Origin: Pseudovirgaria hyperparasitica
Lineage: Eukaryota
DNA: 64,000 nt
Strand: one strand, 5' to 3'
NCBI GenBank assembly: GCA_010093815.1
Contig: ML996571.1
A program made the translations under genes and the position numbers. Below the pieces are notes generated by a model that did no database searches, was not told the origin of the DNA, and was given only the letters and a program-made list of their open reading frames with translations. Shown in pieces: positions 12,451 to 25,802 of the stretch; within the stretch, counting starts at the first letter, position 1; every line of letters starts with the position of its first letter.

Positions 12451-14833
12451 TCAGGCCGTGATCGACGTTGGCTCGCGGCTCTGCGCCTCATCGGGCGGAA
12501 ACTTGAATACCATGGTAAACAGGTCTCGCACCCAGCTGTATCTCGGTTCACGCCCCATTCGTTGCATCGTAATCGCAACCTCCTCTGCTGTGACGCGCTT
12601 AGGCGGGACACTGTTTATGTTCCGCAAGGTGGGATCTGAGAGGACGAGTTTCCTGTAATGCGAGACGAGCTTGGTCTGCCAGGGTGCTGTTCCGAAGGAA
12701 TTGGTTGGCATGGCTTTGACGAATTGATGCAGGGTTTGGACGCTGTTGCGTGCGTATCCAACGTTCATGGCAGCTCGAATGAGCAGCGTTTTGAGACGTA
12801 CCAGATGTGCATCTTCGCGACCGGCCGTGGCGGTCGAGGACGAGCGCTGCGAGGCCTCCGAGTATGTGGAAAGATTGGACGAGTTAGAGGACCAGCGGGT
12901 GTACGTTTGGGTATTCCCGCTTTCCGGACCAAGCACTAGAATATTGGGGATTGGTTCGTCAGGTGACATCTCGTCCCGGTCATCATATATGGTGGTAGGT
13001 GTTTCGGGAACGGAGCGTGGAGTGCCGTACGTACCGCTGCGCGAAGAATGTGCCGAGTTGCTAGACTCCGAAATGGAGGAGGGGAACGTGGTGACGGAGG
13101 GTCTCGGGGTGCCACGGTCAGGACGGACTTGTGTCCAGCCTTCTCGGAAGAGGTCACACAGCTCCCAACAAGCTTGGACGGCAGACCCAAGCAATTCCTC
13201 GTCAGCAGGTTTGCCATCACGATTGTTCTGACGCAGGCTAAAGAGCATCTCCGCTAGACCCCAACACGCACGCATCAGTGCGTCAGTCTCCTGGGGTAGA
13301 GAGGTTCGTTGCTTCATAAGACGGTGACAGAGGGTCAGGTAGAAGTCGAGAGTCCGTTCACGGAATGCTTCCGGAAGATTGCGGTCGTGCGTGTTGTATA
13401 GATGATTGTTGAGCTCAAAGCTTACGCGTAGCACCGAATCTGCGACCTCATCACCGCGTAGCCTAACCTCAAATAGAGCCTGGCAGAAGTCACGGCAAAG
13501 TTCCAGCGTCGGTTTGACCTGGCTGGCGTGGTCCTCGTTGCGGCTCTCATACAGCCGTTGACATAGCTTCCAACAGGTTCGCCAAGCTTGCTCTTGTGCT
13601 TCGCCTTTTCCGGAAAAGTTGAACATCCGTTCACGGTGGTTGGAGCTAAGACCGGCCAATGTATTGCATAAGGTCCAACACTCGCTCAGAGCAGTTTGAA
13701 GCGCCTCAACCTCCATGTGATTGTCTTTGATTTCACGTAGCACTTCTCGCATAGTTGGTATGTTATCATCCTCGCCATCCTCGTTCCGGCCGAGATCCTC
13801 GGTCTCGGGAATGTCTATATAAACTGTCAGTCAACGTCTTCATATCGTGTCATTGTCAATGCCAACCTTCAAGACTTGTGCTTGCACGTCCGCCTGTGCT
13901 TGCTAGACTGGTTCTTTTGACATCTCGTTCGGCTTCCTGCCTTGTTTGTGCTCTGGGTGTTGGTCTTTCCGGTGCTTGAGGGACAGATGTGTCGACCGAA
14001 ACGCGCTAGTTAACGTCAGTAGGGGGACTTAATCGTAATAATGCAAAGGCGTACTCTATCGTCTGCAATCGTGGAGTGTAAAGGTGTAGCAGGGGTAACG
14101 ATTGTACTTTCTGAAAGATCTGTTGGTGCTGGTGACGCCACGCTATTGCGGTTTGGGGGTGACTGCTTCGGGTCCTGCGTGTGTAAGCCTGACATCCTTC
14201 GTATCATATTGATTTGCCTACAAATTGTTTGAATCCAGCTGGGGCATGTATGACAGATGCAGGGGCTTCCTCGGAATCAGCTCGCGGTCTAGCTGCTGTG
14301 TCGAGTCTCAACTGCTCACAAAATTAGCATTTGATTAACCACTAGTTGATTTCCACTCACGAGTCCTCTGCTACCATCGCTTACGGCGCTCGCTGGGCTT
14401 GTGAGCTCTGAGTCGATGATTGGAGACTTGAAGTCGAGCTCATCATCATCATCATTTAACAACTCTTCTTGTTCTTGTTCATCGTCTTCGATCTATGCCT
14501 GGGTTAGATCCTACCGATATACTGAAAGGCAATTTACAAACCTCTGTAGAGTTCGTGCCGGTACTATCCACTGGAGACGGCTCAATGTGGGCAGGATATG
14601 GACTTGCTGGAGGATGGAGCGAATCGGATTTATCAGTACCAGAAGAGCTATGTGAATGTCAACCTCAACTCCAGAAAATGTACATGGGATAGGTACCGGT
14701 TTGAATAGCGATAGCTTTGTGTGAATGGCGCAGGGCTCGATGGTGAATCAGTGAAAGGCGAGAACGCGGACTTGTTTATGCCCGGATGGGTTGGAGAAGG
14801 TTGAGAAGGCATCAGTTGAGTTGCAGTCGCCAT
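12451..14833 (-). CDS. Uncharacterised multi-exon protein: disordered N-terminal half and a helical Cys/Trp-rich C-terminal domain
   Basis: 433-aa terminal ORF (ALSECWTLCNTLA...CWKLCQRLY...ELLGSAVQACWELCDLFREGW) plus upstream exons starting at MATATQLMPSQ. GT-AG introns are visible, for example at about 14649-14697. Confidence 0.8.
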
Positions 14834-16872
14834 CTGTCTTGAAAATCGTTGAAGCTTGACGTTGGGCGCTGCAAAACGAGCAGCAATATGAGTAAACTTT
14901 GACGCGGGAGTAAGACTGATCGGCCTGGCACAGGATGCTGGGAAGGCTGCCTACAGGTCCTCAGTTGACCAAGGCTGATGAGGCTGAGAATGCATAGGCA
15001 CGGTTAGGGTACCGCAACTTAAGACAGCATATGGATCGCGCACAGGCGGCGAAGGCGCACAATCGTAAAAGGAAGTACCTGCTGTCGTGGAGCTGCAGCT
15101 ATACCGCCATGAAGTGGGTGCGCGGTGGTCGTGGTCGTGGTCGTGGTCGTGGTAGCAGGTCAGAAAGCTCGAAGATTGCTCCAACAAACACTCAGACCAC
15201 CAACGGAGGGGGCAAGCTTCAACCGCATTCCCGCTCACTGGGGAGGGTCTGAATGTAAGGACGAGGGCGCCAATCACACACCGCTGTAAGCGCCGGTGTC
15301 TGCCAAGCGACTCTGTAGATTGCATCCTACGCATCCTGACTCGTTCTCCGCCCGCCCGCTAGACGTGTGCTAACGCCTGTCTCTGGGTGCTTATACCCAC
15401 TTGGTTTTCCAGTACAGTGGGTGAACACACACGCCACAAGAACGACGCTCTCAACATTGCTAGTAGCGTAATTCTGTATTATCTCCATGCCTTCGCATAT
15501 TCCTCGACAGCTGGGTGACAATATTTCAGAGGAAGTGGGAGTCTGTTCATTCAAAGACCTCGGTAATATTGCCTCAAGCCTCGAGCACTTGCATAAGCTA
15601 AGGCATGAAGGTCTGTGGGAACCCTGAACTTGCGCTTGATATTGATTGGAAAGATGCAGCCTTGCGGCACGAAACAGTTTATTTTGTTGTCGTTTGCTGG
15701 CCAAATAGGGGGAAAACACCGCTTCCGGACCAAGTTACACGTGGCGTGTGCGCGGTATCATGAATCGTGATTTGCAATTAGCCGCGCTGTCCATATTTCA
15801 GATATTCGCGCCTACGCCGTTCAATTGTGTACGGCGAATTGCCTGACTAGACTCGAGAGCCGCCTGTGCCACGCTCTTTAACCGCGAGCCACTATCGAGA
15901 CCTGGAAGTGCCGCGATGCAAACCGAGGGTCAGAAGAAAAGTCAGCCCCTGCTACCCGTTATTTTGGAGGGGCGGAGATTTTAATCATTTATTATCATGG
16001 CTTCTTGTTGCCTAAGCGCCATGCCGCTACTTTTACAACATATCCTGGTCATGGTGCGCAACTCTGTGTATAGAAGCCTGAGTCGTAAAGATCTGCCATA
16101 GTGGCGTCGTGGATAGGAGTGAAGTGTCGCTAATTCATCCATCTTGGGCGCTTAGCACAGACGTTGAGGGTTGAAATGTTGGCTAATAGTTAGCTATGAT
16201 ACGTCGGTAGTTTACCGACGAGCCAACAACTGTGGGTAACGGTCTTGCTGTATTGCATATGCTCGACTATCCTACAAATTTGTGTGTTGCTGTGATTGCT
16301 TGACCGGGACTGTGTTGCTGGAGTACGTTGCTCCAATGCGGGCCTGCAACGCTTACAAGGTTTTTCGAAAAATGAGGAAGTCGGCATACAAGCTCGCTGA
16401 CTCTTGAATGCCCATTAGGGCTTGGCCTCCACTATGGAGTTTCCCGCTCGTGCCAAATCCAAGTAAGACAAGCCTATACGCTTAGGAGCGACCTCCCGAG
16501 CGGCGTGTAACAGAACATTGGAATACCCAGAGGAGCTGATGTCTCGCAAAACTTAGACCGTTCTGGAGTCAAGTTTCTCTATCTTTTGAGTTATCTGACA
16601 ACATCATGTCGGTGTCCCGAGAATCATACGATTATGATCATGTTCTTTGGTGAATGGAACGTTGGTTGTTGATGAGAACCCGAACCCTGGAGCGGCACGA
16701 CTGCGGCTTGTATTCAGGCGCTAATCTGTATTGGTATAGCCAACTTCTGAGCAGTGCTGCGTCCTCCAGCCGTCATCTTATTGCGCTCTGCTTGTTATCC
16801 GTCTTCCGTCCGTGTGAGTAACTACGGAGGCCGCGTAGGTACGCTCTGCTCCGCGCCAATCCACGTTCAATA

Positions 16873-18980
16873 ATGTATGACTGGGAAGGAAAAGAGGGCG
16901 AGTGCTATCGATTATATGTCGATGAGAAGAAATCGCTTGATGAAGTCGTAGAGTATTGGAAGGAGCAAGGCTTCGAGCCTAGGTGAGTATCCACGTCCCA
17001 AGTCTGGCATCTGCAGACGATAGCAGAACCCTACCAGGAGCGTGCTACGATATAGACATGACTAATCGTACACCAGCAAGCGAGCCTTTCAGACCCAGTT
17101 CAAGGTATGTGCGGTTCTTTTCACCCTCTGATGGCACAAGCAATACGTTTCTTGTCATGATCTCGTGCGCTATCCTGTTAGTCGCAAGTCCAGCACCAAC
17201 ACATACTTCTGGGGTTCAATGTTGACATTCACTTGTTGACTCAATAACAGTACACTGACCTCGTCACAGCGATGGAACTTTCCATCGAAACATAATATTG
17301 TTGTAAGAAACCCTAACCTGACGGAGAGGATCAAGGAGCTATGGGAGCAGAACATGACGCAGAAAGAAATGCTGCGGACTCTTCACGAGGAGAACCGCAC
17401 CATATCAGAACGCGATCTTATCCGCATACGTGTGAAGAACCGATGGCTTCTACGTGTCCGCAATCCCGCAACAACAGTAGCCGATGAAGTGCGAAACACT
17501 GAAACCACCTATGAACCAACTTCACGACAGCAAGTGGGAGAGGCAGCGGCTGTAAGGTGTAGCGTTATTCTTTCTACGCCATCCTGCTAATACGATATAG
17601 GATTCAGCATCAAGTGCAAATGCTGAAGACGCTCGGACACATCCTAGCAGTCTACCATTTTCAGATCTTGAACGTGCCAGGGCTGAGACGATGCGTAAAC
17701 GTCAACTTGAGAGCGACGAGAAGTGGAGAACGCGAAAGCGTAGACGCCGCACCAAAGGATGGGCGGGCTTACCTGCGGATCCTGCGGGTCAGCCTCCCCG
17801 GTTCCCGTCTGAGACGACCCTTGATGAGGCCAAGGCGTACCTCAACATGGACAACCAAATATACGATGCAATGAGGGCCCAGTTCATGGACATGTGTAAC
17901 GCAGAAGGCGTTCTGAAGAAATCACTTGCAGGGGCCGAGAAATGGCAGGCGTTGAAGGATCGAATCATTAGAGAGAATGCTCACCTGCAGAGCGTATTCT
18001 GGGGAGCGCCGGAGGGTCGCTCTAATGATCAAAGAGACGTTTGCTTGGATGTTATCTGCATGGACGTGACAAAGCGAATACGAGTATTAAGGAACATGAT
18101 GACCCTCGCCGAGGCGAAGAACATCCTGGGTCTTAACCCAGCCCAGAGTCGAGACGTTAGGCGTGCCTTCCAGGGAATTATAGTAAAAGCGAATTTCACC
18201 AGTAAGGCCGATGGTGACGTCTCAGTATGGGAGAGCCTGAAGCGAGATGCCATGAGTATCTCCGAGCCACTTAAGAAAGCATTCGCATCTGGTCCCGATG
18301 ATCTTCGTTATGAGACAAAGTTAAAGGCTCTGGAAATGGTCTGTCGAGATGTAATCAAGCGTTCCAGGGACCATAGAGCCCAGGGCGATCCTCTACGCAG
18401 GAACGATGCTCTGGTAACTCGAGGCCCTGGTCCTTCAAAACCCAACGGGTCGAGAAAATTGACATCGGACTCCATCGTCCGGGCGCCAAATACCTCGGGC
18501 CACCCTCAGACGAAGAATCAGATGCAATCTCATATCCATCACTCTGGAGTAGCCCGGAATGAGCTTCAGATAGACCCTTCTTTGCTATTAGCAGCAGATG
18601 GTCCTTCGGTCACTGCACGAATACCAGAACAATTCTCTCAAAGCTTCGATACCGACCTTGAAGCAGCCAATTCTACCCAGAATATTCTCGATACGATGGA
18701 GATCCCAGCATACTTTCGAGTGCATCCTGAATCTCCGGTTCAGGCCACACCGAAGTTGTGGCTGGATGTGCTCAAATTTGGCAACGTAGACGAGATACGC
18801 CGACTCGCCGTAGCGAAACATGTCGGCGCACAAATGCTGAGCCTCGAAGGTGTGGTGAAGAATCAGCACGGCGGAGGCGTCGAGATACGATATACTATAG
18901 ACGACCAAGATGAGCTGGAAGCTTATCTAGCGCACGTTGCGGGCGGCAAAGTGACTTTTGTGATTAAGTATTCGAGCTGA
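16873..18980 (+). CDS. Clr5-domain-containing protein
   Basis: Spliced N-terminus MYDWEGKEGECYRLYVDEKKSLDEVVEYWKEQGFEPS-KRAFQTQFK-RWNFPSK matches the Clr5-type W..K...LY...SL.EV...F..S.R....QF.RW pattern. Introns lie at 16983-17076, 17105-17269 and about 17551-17600, followed by a 429-aa ORF with repeated helical units. Confidence 0.8.
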
Positions 18981-19532
18981 AGCGAACACTTGAATTTATG
19001 GATGCATTACATTATGCCTGCGGAAAGGTTCTTCGTAATAATAGTTCGAGCCAAACAATCCTGCCAGCCACGGTCAAAAAGCGCTTATGGCCATGAGCTG
19101 TGAAGATTGAAGTAGAGTATATCGTATCCTTGGCTAGCCCAAAGCGCATCTCAATCTAAGTAACAACTGCCCCCTTATATTGCTGATGCAGGTCAAGTTA
19201 TGCGCGGCTCATCCATGCAGTGCTTGCGGTATTCGTCGAATGTGTGTAGTGGGCAAAAACCGGCGCGGATAAACCTGTTGGCCGAATTCAAGCCAGGGAC
19301 GTGCGTCTGCCGGGTCAAGGTAGTATTTTGGCAATTGCCCAAACTCAAACATCCCAGGCCCAACCCGTCGAGACCTGTCGACTTGTCCATCATCACTGCG
19401 CAAGTCAGCTTGCAACCTGTTTTCACGCGTCACTCGGCTCCTCTCATATCCACAGCTTATGGAATCGGTCTAGTGTCATATTCCGTTGTCGCAACGCACC
19501 TTGGCGCATCCCCTACATCGAATCTCGCAAAC

Positions 19533-22500
19533 ATGGCAAAGCGCGAACAAGATTTCGGTCAGAGCGGTCGCCCTGAGGATGGCCGAGCAGAATCCTTTGC
19601 ATCCCCCATAGATCCAGTAAAGAGAGCGACCGCTGCGCAAATGGCTGGAAGGAGGTAAGTTCTACATGGCCCCTCCATACCGGTTACGTTCTGTGCCATG
19701 GCATGCCAGCCAGACGCGAATACACAACGATTCCCACGCGGAATACTAGCCTTTGCAGGCCCCAAAGTCCTAGAAGTGAGTAATGTCACAACGACATGGC
19801 TAATTTCTCGTAGGATTGCAGGCGCAAAAAGAACAAAAACTCCACGTCCGGCGAGTGGCATGAGTGGCGGTTCTTTCGGGAGTCCCTTCGGATCGCAATC
19901 CACCATGAGCTTTCCCCCGGCGCAAGGAAATAATATGCCCTCTTCGACGACCAATTCATTTCCGCCGATGGGAGGAAATCCTACGGACAAAAACAACTCG
20001 ACCCAAGGAGGCTTCAATTTTCAAGCACCCTCAGTCGCGGGGTACAGCAATCCTTTCGCAGGGAGCGCGGAGGTGAAAGAGAACCAGACTCCGACATTCA
20101 ATGGCACACCATCCCTCTTTAACTCCGCGCAAACACCGTCTTTCAGCTTTAACTTCGGTCAACAGAACACAACTCCTGCGTCGAACGCCACTTCCAGTAA
20201 CTCTATGTTTGTACAGACACAAGCATCAAAACCCAGTATATTTGGAAACACTGTCTCAAATACCTTCAACACTCAAAGTTCGGAGCCGGTTTCTCAGCCA
20301 GGTTTCAGTTTTGGGAATTCGTCGTTTGGAAAGTCTGGATCCGAGACTCAAGGAAATCTGTTTGGCCAGCAGCAAAGTCAAACATCCCTGAGCTTCGGTG
20401 CGAACACGGCGACCGCTACCCCCAGTAAGCCAGTATTCAGTTTCGGAAGTAGTGCTGCTGTTTCCCAGGATAAACCAAAATTTACATTCGGAGCTAGCCC
20501 TGCCATTTCCCAGGATAAGCCAAAATTTATCTTCGGGGCTACTCAAGCAGAAACACCCATATCTAGGCAGACTACCACACCAAGTCCGACCGAAGACAGC
20601 ATGCACACTTCACCCGACTTTCAGCGTGTAACCGACGCTTCCAAGCCAAATTTGCATGCATCCACAAATAACGGTGAAGCACCTGCTCCAGCACCTAGTT
20701 TCAGTCTCTTCGGTAATGTGCCCGCAAATTCTAGTCCAAACACGTCTCTATCGAGCTTGTTTGGATCTGGCATCGCGCAGCAACCGGGCCCCCCGATATC
20801 GTTAGTAGGGGATTCGGCGACGACTCCGAATACCGACCAACCGGTTACCTCGATCTTTGGCAATACGCAAGCCTCGAGTCAAGTATCAAAAGATATTTTT
20901 GGCCAAGCTAAGACGCCAGAGCCATCATCACAGGGCGCCTCCAATGTATCTCGTGGCGTTGGACAGCAGCTACAAACAACAAACCAAGAATCGAGTCTCT
21001 TTTCAAACAATTCATCAGTGTCACCGTCTTTCGCAGCACCAATTCAGAAGCCTCCGAGTACCGAAACAGAAACAACTTCGAGTGGACTATTCTCCCGATT
21101 ATCTGCGTCAAACTTCAATTCTACGAACAAGGCGCAGTCTGACGAGAAAAGCTCTGCGCCATCAACGTTCACAAATGCTTTCTCACCAAATTCTCCATTC
21201 ACTGGCCCCCCGGCGCCCATAACCTCCATTCCTACTCCAACTGTGACCAAACAAGTACCCGACGAGGTTTCCGTCAACAAGGAAGCTGCGGATGGAAAGG
21301 AAGGCCTACCAACCACTAGCGCCAATGCCGGCACGAAACCTCCACCAAAACGTTTGGAAGCCCCTGCACATTTCACCAGAGCGCAGAAGATCCTCTTACT
21401 GCATTATTACCGCTTCAGGGATCTCAATTATGTGCTACAAACGGTCATTGACTCAAAACCAGTCTGGTCAGATTTGACACCTGTTATGGCGTGGTACCAG
21501 CAAGAAGCAGACCGCATTAACAATGACTCAGAGCCAGACTGCAGATTCTTAAATGGCCCCAGATCGTCTGCCACGCTAAACAAGCTCAAAAGAGCGGCCA
21601 TTGCGTCCGAGGTCTCCGAGAAACCTGCAAATGATGCAGAGGAGATGGAGCCACAGCCCATGGCCGCGGAGCGACCTATCTCTAAAGCTATTGCCCCCAT
21701 CGAACCAAGACTGGCCACTTCGGCAGATCAGAGTACGAATGGAATGTCTACAGACAGCCCAACCACAACGGAGGCTCCTCAGGCATCTCAGATGACTCCA
21801 TCAACTAGTACTAGTTTTCACATGCAATCTTCGAATCCTTCATCGACGAAGCGTAAGGCTGAAGATGCGGTCAATGGCGACAGCGCCGCGCTGTTCGGAT
21901 CTGAAAGCAAACGAGCTCGCGGTGGTGACAATGCAGCAGTCAGCTTCCTCAAGAATGTTTTGGAGAAGAAAGATTCTCAGCCAACCCAGGATCTTGTACC
22001 AACGACAAACGGTCCCTTCGGTAGCGCAAAGTCTCTCAGTCCAACGCCTTCGACTAGCGGAGGAACATCAGTCTTCGACGACCCAGCGCATAAACAACAG
22101 ACCACCTTTAGCGGGTTTGGCTCGTTCACAAAACCTCAAGATGGCTCTGATAAAGAGAACCAAGAGGCCACAGACGAAAGTGATGCGGAAGAACCTGAAC
22201 GTGATCCAAAGAGTCGAGATGGTACCCAGGATTTGTCACGCGAAAATCCGAAACAGATCGAAAATGAAAGCCCATTTAGTTTTGCCAAAAGACCCAGCGA
22301 CAGTCCCTCCCCAGCTCCTGGAACCTCGGCCAACTCTCTCTTTGGCCGAATCTCGAAAGCCGACAGCTCCCCAAAGTCGCCAGCTGAACCAAACGGAGAA
22401 GTATCGAAGCCAGCAGAGGAGGCGAATAGCCCCTTCTCATCCTTTGGGTCCTCGACTGGCCCTGTAAATCACACCTACAACCGGGACAGTCCATTAAAAT

Positions 22501-23327
22501 TTGGAGCTGGTGTCCCCAAACCAAACGACTCTTTGGATCCAACTCCCGCGAAACCGCTTTTTGGGTTCAAGGTAACACCGGCAAGCCCAGAAAAGTCAAA
22601 ACCTACGGCAGTCAATGGATCTGTAATCCCGAAAGCTACATCTCCCTTTAGTGGGCAGTCCAGCCTCTTTGGCAAGCCTGGGTCGACAACTCCAACAGCT
22701 TCACCCGCTAAACCATTTTCATTCGGTAGCGTTTCATCCACTAACAAGCCCTTCAGTTTTGGAGATTCAGCACCGAAGCTGGGCTCTTCGCTCTTCAATT
22801 TAGGTGGACAGGCGTCGCCACTACCTTCGAGCACAACTTCGCGAGCTTCGACCCCAGGTCTGTCCGGTGGTGATACTAGCGCACCTGAATCGTCTGCCGC
22901 GGAAGGAGACGGGAAGTCTGGCGAAGAGTTCTCAAATTTACCACAACAGAAAAGTTTGACCGATCTCACCGACGAGGAACGGGAGAATGAGGAGATTTTG
23001 TTCGAAGAGTCGGCTGCAAAGGCCAAGCTGCTTGCGAAAGACGAGAGTGGGAAGTCGGCTGGATGGGATATCAAAGGATCAGGCCCATTGCGTATATTGA
23101 AACACAAGGCAACTGGCGCAGTCCGCGCTCTCATGCGAGCCCATCCTGGTGGTAAAATCGTCATCAATGCGCGCATTCCGAAAGGTGCACCAAGCAGCCA
23201 GCCAAAGCCGAAACTGGCACTACTGCCTTTCGCGAATGACGAAAATACGATGACGAGCTGGTACTTCGCTCTTGGAACTTCGGAGGCAACTGAGGATCTA
23301 GTCAAGGTCTACAACGAAAACCACTAA
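19533..23327 (+). CDS. nup2: Nup2/Nup50-like nucleoporin: N-terminal importin-binding motif, FG/FxFG repeats and C-terminal RanBP1 domain
   Basis: Exon 1 ends ...KRATAAQMAGR and joins RIAG across intron 19655-19813. There are many FSFG/FTFG/LFG repeats and a C-terminal EEILFE..AK...W...GSGPLRILKHK.TG.VRALMRA.PGGKIVIN Ran-binding domain. Confidence 0.85.
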
Positions 23328-23754
23328 AGTTGAATCTTGCTATAGCATATGGGTACGGTAATTTGCATGTAGCGAAGCATATCGGCGTTGTAGAGCGTGT
23401 AAAGAGTTTTGTGCAAAGCGTGGAGTTTCTCGTTGTTTTGCGTTATACGCACACACCCCTGTTAAGAAACAACGTGTCGTAGTTTAATTAAACCTTGTAT
23501 CATATAGTCTTCCCGTAGTGCTAATGTGCAACATGTTGCAGCAAGTAGATTATCCAACGTCCTAACATGTGCTGGTGATACAGGATCCATATAACTAATA
23601 GCTATAATGGCGACACCTTTAGTTCAAGGCTGTGTTGAGCAAAGCGACGTTCGAGGTTTCAGATTAATGCTAAGCCTCTACGCACCCACGTGACTTGGCG
23701 TCTCCATCGTCTTAGCGCGACATGCTCTTTCGGGCTCCAACTACTACAAACAAG

Positions 23755-24673
23755 ATGTCTGCGGCAATTCGAGAGATAGCAGCGAGTGCAAGTCGAAAAG
23801 CTGTCCGGCTAAAGATCCTCCCTCGACCATGGAATATCTCAGAGAGTCGAGCTGTGTTAAAGGTCCTCCAACGATACGGCGACGTCGTATTTTTCCGACA
23901 TCTACAGGTGAACACCCTACGATCTCCACGAGCCAGGACGTCTCCCAAAGGCGTTATCATGACGACTATATACTAAACCTCTCGTACTACAGCACGAGAC
24001 CCCTAAACCTGCCCATAACACCGTGGTGGCCATCTTCCGCGACTATGCAAGCGTCGATCGTTTGATGCAGGCCCAGCCCATCAGGTACTCTCTCGATCCC
24101 ACATTGCCCCACTCGAGGACGAAACAAATTAGTATACCAGGTATGGACCACGAGGGAGAATTCAAGTTGGAAGACTTTGCGGACGACGAATCTGCCTCCA
24201 GTACTACTGAGGACCCCAAATTGCCCCCGGAAGCAGAACAAGAGACACCATTTCCCCATCAACCTCCTATCCACAAGGTCATCCATCCCGGCACTGGGCT
24301 CAGAGACTTCGTAATGTGGGCTGAGCCTTCGACTATAAATACACAAGATTGGGCAGAGAGACAACCATACTGGAACTCGTACGACAGCACCGAGGACTAT
24401 GCGCAACAAGATTTAAAGAAGTCGGTGCCATTGAAGGGAATGGCCGATTTGTCATTCAAGCATACTAAACTTCTAGACTACAGAATTCGCGAAACAAACT
24501 TCATTCGAGATAGTAGGCTGACGCTGAGGCGACTTTGGGAAGGGGAGAAGGTCCATAAAGAGAATCATCCCACAGCGAACCATGGGGCGAAGAACGGGCC
24601 TAGGTTGAGCAGAAAGCCGAGAGGACTGCCTGATCATGTATCACGTCCTCTGGATGAAGGCAGATCTGGCTGA
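23755..24673 (+). CDS. Uncharacterised protein with one intron (start may instead be at 23722)
   Basis: AVRLKILPRPWNISESRAVLKVLQRYGDVVFFRHLQ joins HETPKPAHNTVVAIFRDY... across an intron at about 23908-23991 (GTGAAC...CTAAAC...CAG), continuing into a 216-aa ORF. Confidence 0.7.
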
Positions 24674-25802
24674 TCTATGTTCGTTCGCGTGTTGTCTCTT
24701 TGCAAGCCTGTGTCGAGAGACATTTCACTGAAACATGCTTAGAGGTCCACAACTTGTAGCATCATATTCTAGACCTATATCAGTCGGAAGAGCCAAGTTC
24801 AGACACCTGAAATGGCAAGCCTGGAAGATGCCGGGAATGCCACAAAGTGCCCAGGATGGTTTGTGCAAGGCCTCGACATTCCACTAGCCTAGGAGATACA
24901 GACCGTGCTATGCAACTTCATCATCATCAGTTGCAGACTTCCTAGGAAACCATCACTCAATTCTTCTTTCAATGAGAGCACTCTGTCGTCTCATTGTCTT
25001 AGCGGCGTCTTCTCGGCCCTCAATGCGGCGCTATCTAAGAAGTATGTACAGATGCGAGATATATGCTTTACCGATACAGATATGTTCCGCCCGATCGCGA
25101 TATTCATGCGCTGATGCAAGGTTATATCTGGTCACTTGATATGTGATCAAATCTCAAGCTTCTTCTTCCTTGGTTGCACAGTCGTGTAAAGGACTTGAGA
25201 CATACTGGACTACGGACATGTCTAAGGACTTGCAAAAGCCATATTTGAAGAGGGATGTACATAGCGGAGACATAGCAGGAAATCTGGTGATGATGTTCAC
25301 GTAAAAGATTTAGCTGACTCGACAGCCGAGCATTTGCGGAGGCTTTACATCATTGACAAAGCCCATTTTGATTCCGGGATAAGCACTTTCATTCATGTAA
25401 AGGTTTCTACTCACACTTTGGGCGTATTTGACTTGACGGATTCTCAGTGGCTTGTGTCATGTAGCATGCGCAAGAATATATACAACATACTGGAGACGCT
25501 CATTCTGATAGGTCATGCAGCTGCCTGCTCAGGCCTACACTATGACAAGCGAGAAGCATGACTTTACCTATAGCAGTAATATCTGATTCAGAAGCTTACT
25601 TAGCGTGCTCAGCTTGGGCACTTCAGTGTACCCCGGGCGGCTACCTCCTTGCAGCACGCCTGGCAGAGGGGCGTAGCTTCATTATTACATGAACATCCGA
25701 TCGCCTTCCTCAGTCAGAATTGCGAGATTGGTTAACCTTATCTATTACACTACAGGTGGCCTTCACCCATATCATCGATCTTTCTCCTGTATCATCATCA
25801 CC

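Noticed and set aside
24815..25561. Short + strand ORF fragments that might be a pseudogene
   Set aside because: No recognisable motif and many stops, so it cannot be supported without a search.
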